A stretch of DNA of 64,000 bases from Lingula anatina (Eukaryota > Animalia > Brachiopoda). Of the stretch, positions 52,404-64,000 are shown piece after piece (the first letter of the stretch is position 1; every line of letters starts with the position of its first letter). The notes under the pieces are model-generated. The model worked only from the letters and a program-made list of their open reading frames with translations, did no database searches and had not been told where the DNA came from. Location: the NCBI GenBank assembly GCA_051362555.1, contig CM120644.1, forward strand, positions 5,960,954 to 6,024,953, given 5' to 3'. A program made the translations under genes and the position numbers.

Positions 52404-55400
52404 AGGGTGCAGCAGTCCAATGAAATATACAGTGTAAGGCTAAAACACCGGCCATTTTTCTACTTATAAAACAGAAACAATGTTTTATCCCATTTGAATA
52501 CTTCTGAGTTTGGAGCGGATCATAGTAGACTCAAATATTGCATCATTGTTGTCACAGTTCTCAGTGTCATTCATTGGTGACAAGAACCCCTAGCAGCAGT
52601 CGCCGCAAAAAGAAACCCCTATTAATTATTCTGTGTACTTTCATTTTAATAAAAAAGATAAAAAATTGAAAAAATAATTTAAGGACAGCGATTGTATACG
52701 AACGTTAATGATAAATGCAAAATTTATAGTGAGAAAGGTGACATATTTGCTTCATCTTTACTTAAGACTCTGTCACACTTATAGTAAAGATGCACTTATG
52801 AGTATCGATTACGCACATGTTGGAGTGTACAAAATCACATTTTTTTCCTAGAGTATGCTGGTATAGAAATCTTCAATTCTAATTCTTTTTATTTTTCATT
52901 CTCACAGCTATCACGTGAATATGGAGCTGACTTCTGTCCCTTCTAAGAATACAGGTAAGCTAACATGCACGTGTGCGTGCACGAACGCACGGCACACAGC
53001 GCTGAACTTTATGAAGCGAAAGTTCTTGCACGATTACAGGTGATAGCTGCAAATACACTCTGTTTGATTTCTGCCCAATTTTCAGATCTACATTAAACAG
53101 TTTAATCATCATCATCATCTTATGCCGACACGTTTCAACTGAAATGTTCGTTCTTGTTCACCAATAATTATACGGATGTGTATATAGAGCGTTTTCCCTA
53201 CATGCGGTGAATAAGGATCACAATCGGCCAACTCAAGTTGCGCTTAGCTCTATTTTTCAGAGGCCATTCACACTGGAAATGACGGATGCTTACTGAGGAC
53301 AAAGGCTCTTTTACAGCGACCTCTGAAACTCCGGGTACGCGCCGGCATTGTCACCTAGCGCTTGCTCTGCCTCCCTGTCTCATGATCAACGCTGGTATTT
53401 GTACAAATTAAAATAGACTTTCGACGCACTTTCACATATCTAATGTTATCAAACAAACTCCGCATTACAATTTTTATTGTATTACTGTCATCAATATCAT
53501 TAATTAAATTTCATATACCAATATTATTGTTTGTGATGGTGACAGAATTATAAAAAAGTTACACGCTGAACACATTCCAGAAAGCGAGTGCAGTCCAAAA
53601 GACGAATCGAAGTGAACTGAATGTCTCCAAGCTGTTGAGTACTGCCTGACATCAGCGCATTCCCCGGAGGGCGCGAAATGACAGCTAGACACGAGTAGTA
53701 TAACGTTACTGACAGACGCTGCCATGCCAGATACACTGAACTGAACGACAAGCCATGCACAACATTGCAAAGATTAGAGTTTAACATTGTGCCAATTTAT
53801 CATAATGTCATTAATGTTTCCATTTGTTCTCCACTAAAGAAAGTTGAGTGGTTGGTACATGTACATGTATAGCGTATATATAGATACGAGTGTTTTTTGA
53901 AGGTATAAAGAATATGTGTGTCCGTTTTGCACGTTGACCGTCAACGGGCAGGTTATCAACATTACCAGTGAATACAAAAATGTGCGAAAGCTTTTTTTTT
54001 CATCATGTACCGTTTATCAATGTCCGTGCTCTTTCTTTAGCTTAATTGTAGCAACTTAAGTTGCTTTGGAGAAGGGTTGGCTATTAACGATGTGCACTTG
54101 CGCGCGTGCAAACGAGCTCAGCACCACGAGTTTTTATATGTATGTGTAATATGTTTATCTGATATATTCTCCATTATCTCTTTTTTTCTATTTTCTCCAT
54201 TAGGAATCACTTACCAATGTCACTTATCATTCTACTACTTGCCAAAAGTTTACTGTTGCGTAAAAAGGTGGTATGAAAACCGAGACCTGATAATTAAGAG
54301 TGTGTATAGAATTCATTCCAAGGTATGTTTGCTCAGACAAAGTAAAATAAAGTGTATATGAAGAAAGGTACCAGCCCTTGTATATATTAGCGTGCATTTA
54401 AACCAAGCCCAAATGTATCACAAAATACTATGTGGCCTCAAACATGCGCGCGCATTTTCACGATAGGGCATGCCCGTGCGTTCTTTCAGCAAATGGCGAT
54501 TTCTGACGAAATGGGGCAGCAAAATCTGATTTTCTCACATATTTCTTTCAAAGGGTTTCTATTTCTCTCTCCCTTTGAATTATTTGCACTCGGTCTAAAT
54601 CAACCAAACCGTATCGAAAACTCATTTCCCATTATAAATATGACACCCAATTATTTTCTTTCAAATAATACGCACTAATGTTTAGGTCCACGAGAACGTT
54701 CGGTATCGACACATTCCAGCACAATAACTCATTATGAACAGTTTCCAGTGACACAAGTCCACTGAAATAAGGCACCCCTAGATATCCTCCGGGTGGCTAG
54801 CTGTACTCGTTTCTCCGCGGGCCAATTTACACGGTCCAAAGTTTCGACCGGTTCGGTACCGTTTTAACCGCTTTCGTGCGGTAAAAAATGCGGTAACCAG
54901 CCAGCTGTGCATGCCCATAGACCGATATCAGTTTTGGCGAGGAAATTAATCGTACTTTTTACATAGATCGCTTGTATGTTAGTGGCATCACCTGACCGTC
55001 TTACAGATGACCAAGAAGAAACCCTTAATCCGCCCCTGATAATTTATTAATTGGTGCATGTTACTTGCAATATAATATAAACGGCATCCAGTGGACTTAA
55101 AAGGCAACCCCATTGTCGAATGTTAGTCATTAATGTATCGTATTAAAGTATGCTTATACAGCTCAAAAATCATTCAAAATAAATCAAATGTGAACATATA
55201 CTATTCTAAATGAGTGCGAAGGTTACCACTCTGCGCTTCAGCCTAGAAACGGTAGCTCTAAAACAAACAGCGTCTGCCCTTTTGCGCCATTCTGCGTCGA
55301 ATTCCGTCACGGTTTGTGGACAACGGGATAAATGTATCGTCAAATCTTGGCTTTATTAGAAAACGCATAAGCTGTCTTAAAGGGAAAACACTGTTCTATT

Positions 55401-55723
55401 TCATGTTGTTATCCTTCGAACATTAAGCAGCGCTGAAGGGTTTAAGTGTCGAATGCGTCTGTGAGAAGATTATTTGTTGTTATGTTTAATGAAGAGAGAC
55501 GCGGGCCTAACCAATCCTCCTAAGGTAAGACACATTTATGCCAGAGCAGATAGCATCAGTTGACAATTACAATGACTCTCGATTAATTTGATGGTGTTAT
55601 TGTATTCTTCTCTTTCTTCACATTTTAAGTTTTATTTGCGGACGGATTGTTCTAAATGGTGGTGATTTTTTTATGCTTAAATGCCTATGGCCTGCCAAAT
55701 TAGAGAACACTCACTGTGTGTTT

Positions 55724-55767
<44 letters not shown>

Positions 55768-58011
55768 TACATATTTGTAGTTGTATAACGTGATATATTA
55801 CACGTGCACTGACCGTAGAAAGTAATTTCTTCACATTTTTATTTAAACAGCTTTGGCTAGATAACATTTTGTCAGCTTAAAGATCGAATTGGCTCGAAAG
55901 TTTCAATAGCAAGTTAAGCTAAAAAAAATCTCGGTGTGCAAAGTGATGGAATAATATCAAATCTATGACCTATGGACCTTCGTGGGTATGATGATGATGA
56001 CGACGTTTTCATCTTTTTTTCTCGATTTGTCGCCTGGCCTTTCTACCGTTCCAACCACTGTATCTGAGCGCATTTCCGTGACCAAAATAGGTTCTAATTC
56101 CAAAGAAAATTGTATGCAATCAAGAGGCCGAGTGGGATATTGGATGGCAGTGTACATGTTACAAAATGTGTATTGTATAAGTGTTTTACCATACACTATA
56201 GTGCCTTCAAGTTAAATTCATGTGCAATGCTAAAGGCCTTCAATGCCAAGACCATCAGTCCACTATTTGAAGCCTTTAATTTTTTCGCTCTGGGTGTGCA
56301 TGCCTGCCGTTGGCGTATCCATTTTCAGTCTACTTTTACTTACGATAGATCTGTAATCGTCGAATCAATTTTTTAAATCTCTTATCTTATTACAAGAAAG
56401 AAATAGTCTCCATTTAAATCCAACAGATGCTCTTTTAGTCAAACACTTTCGATTTATACAGAAGTGAAGAAAATGAAACGTTGTTGTAAGGTTCTGGACC
56501 GCCTATTGGTCTTGAATGGAACCCTTTAAGGTATCTAGAAAGCCAGGCATATGTTACTTAAATCCTCGCGGGCACAAAAGACTGTTTACGCTTTGAATGG
56601 TCGCAAGCGCTGAGAACACATGCGGCGAAAAATCCGGAACATTACACACTATAAGGTGCCTTTTCCCTTTTCCTGGTCACAGAAACGTGACCAGTGAAGA
56701 GTTTTTGCTAGGAGTCCACGGCTCCGACCCAGCCGTTCTTGATGATGATCTTCTCTAATGGGACATAGTTCTTTCTTTTTTTTTCTCCAGTTTTCATAAG
56801 GACCGTGGGCGGCATCTGTCTATCTCTGTTTAAATCGCATTGTAGGGCTATTTGGAACTATGATTATCGCATTTACGGTATGTTGTTCTTCAACTTCACA
56901 TTTCTTATTTACATCAAATAACATAAAATTATTTCCAAATGGCGTGAGGAGGCGTTTTCACGATTCCTCAAATTGTTTTTTTTTTTTAATATTCAAAAAC
57001 TGGATGAGGTGGAATTGCTCAAAAAGCTTTGTAATTCACATTTTTTTCATCTTCTTTAACCTTATTCATTTCAATTTTTTTCAGTTATGTCTATCCTTTT
57101 ATTGCTTATTCATCTATCTATTCAGTTTTCAACTCCATTATCAGTAATGTTTTATTCTATCTATATCCATTTATTCATCAACATCTACAGTTTCAAAATT
57201 GCGTTATAGTACATTTTGCTGTCACCCCCCCTCAGTATCAAGTAAAGCTCTTAAGTTTTTATTCAACCTAATTTAGTAAGTGTTTTTCGTTCACAAAGTT
57301 CGAAATATCACTTGCAGTTGACAGTGATATGTTGTGATTGCAAAGATTAGTTCAACCTCTTCCCCTTTGCCCAAATTCCGCTTTTTTGAAACGAACCTCG
57401 GGACATGTGTACGGCTAATTGAAGAACAGGGCTTCCCGACTAATGAATTATTGTATTGGTACCCGAAACTACAAAAACATTAACGCAAACGGTACCACTT
57501 TGGCAGAAATCCAGGGGAAACCTCGAAATTAAAGTGGTTCAACATATGAGTTTTGCTTTTAAGTTGAATTCGACTGTAATAAATCATAAAACCGTTTAGA
57601 GTTGACTCCGTGTATATATACAGAAACAGTATACGTGTTGCTATTTTTTTTTCAAATATTGCTTTTGCTGTTCACTCATTTTGCTAATTGTAAACGGTAA
57701 AATGGATCTCGTGAATGTTTAGGTCGCAAAGAATGTTCTAGGGAAAAAAATGAGCACGACAAAAAGTCGAATCACGAATAGTATGCATGGCTTTGTTAAG
57801 CGGCTACAAGATATGTCACAGTTTTGTTATGTGGGAGAGATCAACTCTTGTATGAGAAAAATCCCTTCTTGTCAACGTTACTTACTCAGTTGAGGGGCCT
57901 GGAGTGCATGTACATTGTCAGCTCCTCTTAACAGAAATCATGAGATAAATTAACAATTTTTCTAGGCTGCCTTGAGTTGAATAGGTCCCCCTCCCTAACA
58001 CCACTCCTCTT

Positions 58012-58049
<38 letters not shown>

Positions 58050-61000
58050 GTCGATCTTGCTGCAATGTTTGCAGATGACCGTTCGTTATTAAAGGTACGT
58101 AAATACGGTACACGTACAAGGGAGTTGCTAAGTCCGTTTCCCATAGTTCCTTTTATTTATACCTCAATTCAGAGAATTGCACTTCCATCATCAAAAAAGA
58201 AAATAAACATGTCAAGGTCATAGACCTTTCGAATTCGCAACTTTTCCATCTGTGCAAGTAGTGAAAAATGTCTGCCGTTTCTTGTTGAGGTTTTATTTAA
58301 TAGACGCGTAGAGCATTGGTTCCCATAAATGTGTTACTTTATTCTCCAAACACTTCTGTTTCGAATTGAAGCAGTCAGTATTCTGAAAAAACATGAACAC
58401 CTTCATCTTCTTAAAATTCTGGGTATCTCATATAAAAAAAAAACATTCACAGATAACCATAGTAAAAAGTGAAAAAAAAATATATATATATAAGTTTTAC
58501 TTTCATTATTTCTTGATTATGAAGGGAACAACTGCACATGTTTCTAATAGAAAGACTGTGAGGAGAGAAATTGTCTATTCAAAGAAAATGCGACGTACAG
58601 AGCTGTGAATGTACGTCCACTCTTCATTCACTGACAATACATTAATATCTCCTCCATCCCAGTGTACCACAAACTTTCATAGTCCCATTCATACATGTAA
58701 CAAGAAAGAAAGAAACAAATTAAAGAATATCGTTTTTTCGAGATTTGGTCAAACAAGACCGCTTTTATTATATATAACCCAACTATCCTAAGCATTCCAT
58801 TTGTTTTATTCATTTACTTATTTAATTTTGTGGAGAGCATTTAATGCTTCCAGCGCTTTGCCTCCATTTCTTTCGAATAAACGATGTTAAAAAATCCTAA
58901 GCATTATTACAATAATAACAATGTAGCAAAACATAACTACTGACAATACATGGTAATTTCATTCCCACACCCGCCTCGGTAACCATTTGGCTGCAAAGAA
59001 ACATACTCCAAAATTTCAACAATTACTTGTTTACAAGAAGTGGATTTTAGTAGGTTAGGTGTTCTAGAATGTTCTCCAATTGTTGTGGAATGAGAGAAAA
59101 GAAGACCAAAGTTTTTTTCAACTTGTTTAACTTGGTAAAAAAGTATTTCGTTTCTGTCAGATCATCTTGTCTAATTCCGGATGTCTGAAAATCAACGTAC
59201 AAATGATAAATAAATATTTCGATATTTTACGTAAGGTAAAAAAAATGTGGGTATTTGAAATAAAGACAAAATCGTTACGAGCATGAAAAATTATCAGCTG
59301 ACAAACGTAATGGCATGAAACGTTATTTATACCACGATGAAGGTCTTCTTTTATAGATTAACTACAGGTATATATAACGGGACATGTGTCCGAGGTATGA
59401 AATTACCTATACTTATAGTTAATCAGTCTTAGTTGATCTTTGTGTGTCTTAGCATCTATTGATCAACTGAATGCCTCGGTAAGATAAAGTATCAAACGAA
59501 ATGTCAGCTAGTTGCGCTCCAAATAAACCGCTGGACGTTTGAGATTAATAAGACGAAGGGTCTAATGGTGAAATATTACATGTAGGAACCCTAATGGTGG
59601 ACTGGCAGATACATGTAGTAGCATAATGGGTTACGTATCGGTATATTGGTGGAAAAACATGTATTATTCTTGTTCCCGTACAGTACGGTTATCATATGAA
59701 AGAAGGCGATAGCCAAACCTGAAGTAATCTAAAGTACGGATTAATATTGGATGTTTTACCAGAAGTCAATATCAAAATTTAGCTCGCCTCTTTGCAACTT
59801 TATAAATTGAAATTATATATTAACTGTAGATTTTTCAGGCTTAAACATAACGTAAATATCATTACTCAACACACATTCAGTATTTATCACTAAACTGCTC
59901 CACTTTTTTGATTAGATGGACCTTTAATAAATACGGCCGTCATCGGCCAAATGTCAAAGATCGGATTTGAGTTGGTCCTATTCATTTAATTGGTACGTCA
60001 TATTATTTAAGCCGGTTTAGATCAAGGAGACATAAAGGTCAATACCTAATTGGTCAGTGCTTGATGTACAGACGTTCTGCCCATTCATAATTATGCATAT
60101 ATTATATTATATTATATTATATTATATTATATTATATTATATTATATTATATATGTATAACGGAATGCATCGCACATGATTGTTTTCAAAGTTACATTTT
60201 AAGCGTAGAACGCACTTGATTAAATTCACAGCAGTACTTTGGAATAGAATGTCTCTATGGGTGCTTTCCCAGAGATTTAGATCGATCTAGAGATTAAGAT
60301 TTAGATCGACCTAACTCCCTGGGGGTTCACGCTAAATTACAGTCAGCCGAGCGGGCACCATAGTTAAAGGATAATGGTCATATAAAAATCCATTTCTCGA
60401 ATTTTGAAGATTCAGCACTCAATCTATACACTAGAGGTATGTTTTAATCGATCCCCGCCATTAAAAAATTATAAAAACAATCTATTAGTAGTAAAAAAGC
60501 GTTTTAGTAAACCTCACCTCAATATGCCTAAATGAAGCAACAGATCTGGGTCACGCGGTACTGTGACGACAATTGGGATAAAGGTCTATGAGACTCAACT
60601 GAGCTGCATGGTGCAAACAGACAGAATGATTTTGGAAAGTTGTGTTGAACGGAGTTGAGCAATTTTCTTTATGCCTCAGTGTGTTGCCGTGGGATTCACC
60701 AAAACTGCAGCACTCCTTGATTATCTTTCTTTATCTGTGTCGGTCTTCCGTGACTAACTTACTAACTTCGGTGACAATAGTTGCGATCCTCGCGATCTCG
60801 GTCACATCAGGTGTTTTAGATCATATCAAAAGCCGATAGTCTTTTAGATACTGTCATCAGTTGGCAAGCTTACTAATTGCTGATGCATTTTTAAATTCAT
60901 TGTAGTTGACCAAGAGCTCGTTAACAATAAAACCTGTTAATTATGCACCGCTGCAATTCCCAAGCCAGGTAATAACAGGTATGAAACTCGTCTTGATGGG

Positions 61001-63336
61001 CTTTCATATTTTTCAATATATCTCATTTATTTTATGGGGTTATCTTATTGGTATTTGTAAATGACGTTAAATATCAATACTTAAACAATTAAATTCAAAC
61101 ACGGTCGCGAACATTAATAAAAGAAATTGCTCTCAGGGTATCTTGAAGCTTCCGTGGAAGAAAACGTGTTGAGGAAAAACAGGAAAAAGAGCGTTATATT
61201 AAAGAAAAAATGGGAACTGCTGTAATAAAATGGTTCGTTATCCTAATTCGTTTATGCATTGAGGATTTGTTTCTGAAGATAATTTCATCTGAAATATTAA
61301 ATAATTTAAAAGATTGATCATTTTATAACTTGAAACGCAAATTCTGCGTCAGTACGCAAATTTTTTTTGCAAATTTGTAAGCTTATAACACCGTGCTATA
61401 AAGATCTACTCAAGAAAAAAATTTGCTTGGGTAAAATTGAGTACGGAATGAACTGGAGACACTTGGCTTGTCATTAAGTTTACACGAAAATATGCCAGGT
61501 AACTTTATACTGTCTTTGAAAGAGTAAAGATTGAAAGATAATTTTAGACAAACTTTGACGGAGGAAATACCTACAAAGAGTAATGGGCTATTTCGCCAAC
61601 ATCTTGTTGAAAATTTTACACTGCAATTCTATTTAAATAAGCTAAGGAACTAATTGCCAAATTATACTCTCATCACATAACAGGTGGGTAACTAGACCTG
61701 CAAAAATTGTACGCACATATTTTAAAAAATTACAAGCACATACAGCAAAATGTAGACTCACGCAAAACATTAGGACAGCGTAATCACAGCAAATGTACCT
61801 CATATAGTAGCTTAATTTCCATTAATAATAAAATCATCATTTAAGTCAAAAATTTTCTCGCGATTTAATAACTATTCTAATTTACCCAGAACGGTATATT
61901 TATTTTAAAGGCGGTTAACTGAAATATAGTTTTATGATTTGTTTGTGAAAATTGCCCGTGTCACCCTGTTAGTTTGGAGGTCTAAGCTGGATCAAGTCCG
62001 TGTTAAAATCCCTATGAAGTTGTGCAGGAAAAATTCTTCCTTTCTTTCTCTAGCTCCTCGATAAACCTGGTGTTCAGATTTTATCTAGTACCCCCAGGTG
62101 TACGGGAGCTGCTCTTTGTAACTAACGCACAGGTAGATTTTTACCTGAGATAACTGGAGTAAAGCTTAGATACAGAGTGCGTTCGATACAAGCAAGACAA
62201 ATTGAATGCCATTTAACCCTCTAATTAAGAGGTAAAGGAAGTTCCAGTTAGATGGATGATTAAGTTAGGACTTGTAAAGGTTGTTTACCTCAGTTTAATA
62301 AAAGTATGCAAGACGGAGTGTCAGCGGTTTAATAAAATAAATTGAATTTCACAAATAACATGGACCTCATATGCAATAATCAACATTTCCCTTAACTCAT
62401 TCAAATGCAGTGTTTTATACAACTTGGGATAACCATGATTAAATGCTTGTTAAAGAATTGACTTGACGGGAAATGGTTTTACACAGCTTCACGAGGATTT
62501 AGACCCCTCGGGTAAGAGATTTGAATGAGTATAAACTTTTATCAGAAGCCAGAGAAGTCATCTTACAGGTAGACAATGCAGCTCAGTTTGACAGCTGAGC
62601 ACGCTCTGTTCTCCAGTGGCTCGATTGTCGTCATCGGACCACGTGACCACGTAGCTCATTAACTCCCAGGCCGAGCAAATAGGACGTTTTTTAAAGCCAA
62701 AAATTTACAAAATGAGCTTTTAATTTATGTATTTGGATAAAGATATCGTTAGTTGGGCATGTTTTCTGAAGAATGTTCCGTTCAGGCCATTCTGACGGCA
62801 AGACGCAAATCCTGTAATTACCCGCTTACAGCTCTTAGTAGGCGGGGCAGACGCTTAAGCCGGCCAAGCTGACAGTAATCTAGTGAGACTCCCCACAGGG
62901 ATTGATCGATCTAAAAATCTATGGAAATGGGGTGTATCTCTCATCTCGAAGTGACAATCGATTTTTCTTGACAACACGCATCGACGAAAAATGACACTGA
63001 TGATTGAAGGTGATCCAGCCTTGGCTATTTCCCAGAAATTCTAAAGGTCGGTCCTTTGAGATCTTATTTCCTTTTGCTGATTTTCTTTCCTTGGTTTAAT
63101 TCCCTGAATTGTTGAGTAGCGTCATTTGCACGTACCTTGTATAACCCTCCTGTAATAACCTTGTATAACCCTCTTCTGTATAACGATCCGCTGAAAGAGA
63201 AATATAAGGTGTGCACCATCATATAAAAGTTGCTTTATTTTCCATGAAAGTTCGGTTTGTCTTTATTGATGATGTATTTTCTTTCAAATAAAATAGAAAC
63301 TTCGTCGAAACAAAGCTAATACCACGCAATAAGTAA

Positions 63337-63418
63337 GACAAGGTGGCCGAGTGGTTAAGGCGATGGACTGCTAATCCATTGGGGTTTCCCCGCGTGAGTT
63401 CGAATCTCATCCTTGTCG
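63337..63418 (+). tRNA. tRNA-Ser (anticodon GCT)
   Basis: Same sequence with one change in the variable loop (GGGGTTTCCCC). Flanks are unrelated to the other copies. Confidence 0.93.
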
Positions 63419-63885
63419 GGTACTACTTTGTTGAAAAATAGCCATTAAAGCTTTCATCAGACTGAGCCACTTAACTCTACATTGCGTATTGCGAATAGCG
63501 ATATCACATAGATTATATGGGACGAGTATGGGCGAGTTGTGAAATCAACACACTTGCGCTCGGTCGCAATGCGCGATGCTTTCGAGTTACGGGCCCTGAT
63601 ATGACTCGTTACACACTGACCGCAAGGCATATGTTTTAAATAGTTACTATTATGGCCCAATTAAAAACCTTATTCTTTGCTCATTTATGACGTGTAACGT
63701 CATTATGTGTGTAACGAGTCATATCAGGACTTCTTTTACAAGCAAGGAATAATAAACAATATGGCCGTGTGGCTGATGCGATAAACTGTTCATTCATTCG
63801 GTCTCCCATCGTGAATCTCATTCATTTCGGATACAGTTTTGTTCAAAGAAATTGATCAAATAGAATATTGATGAATTCATGTTGC

Positions 63886-63954
63886 GACAAGGTGGCCGAT
63901 GGACTGCTAATCCATTGGGGTCTCCCCGCGTGAGTTCGAATCTCATCCTTGTCG
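63886..63954 (+). pseudogene. tRNA-Ser(GCT) copy with a 13-nt D-arm deletion
   Basis: GTGGTTAAGGCGA is missing between CGA direct repeats. The rest is identical to the intact copies. Confidence 0.85.
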
Positions 63955-64000
63955 TTCTTTATTTTGTTCAAAATGGGTATGAAATAGAATAGAAAATTTA

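Noticed and set aside
1-64000. CRISPR arrays, operons or other prokaryotic systems
   Set aside because: No repeat-spacer arrays were seen. Spliceosomal introns, SINEs and microsatellites show that this is eukaryotic nuclear DNA.

Overview
AT-rich, microsatellite-rich eukaryotic (invertebrate-like) genomic DNA. The first ~45 kb is a tandem array of 11 three-exon EF-hand genes (1 on +, 10 on -) plus a 3' remnant of a 12th. They belong to the sarcoplasmic calcium-binding protein (SCP) / Renilla luciferin-binding protein / aequorin superfamily, with EF1, EF3 and EF4 intact and EF2 degenerate. Every copy carries an extra first exon encoding a 59-71 aa basic, acid-poor, mitochondrial-presequence-like leader. 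Genes 4-5-6 and 7-8-9 are a duplicated triplet. In each paralog pair exactly one copy has lesions, always confined to the leader exon. In gene 4 a new consensus CAG|GTGAGT donor could splice out the broken leader in frame. The window also holds two decayed Tc1 (DD34E) transposons (one with a nested tRNA-derived SINE), a palindromic Tc1 derivative, several MITEs and a 4.4 kb unassigned insertion. There are three intact tRNA-Ser(GCT) genes, two of them in a ~2.2-2.3 kb tandem duplication, and a D-arm-deleted tRNA-Ser copy. Gene models come from GT/AG boundaries, frame continuity and paralog comparison by eye. No database search was run.
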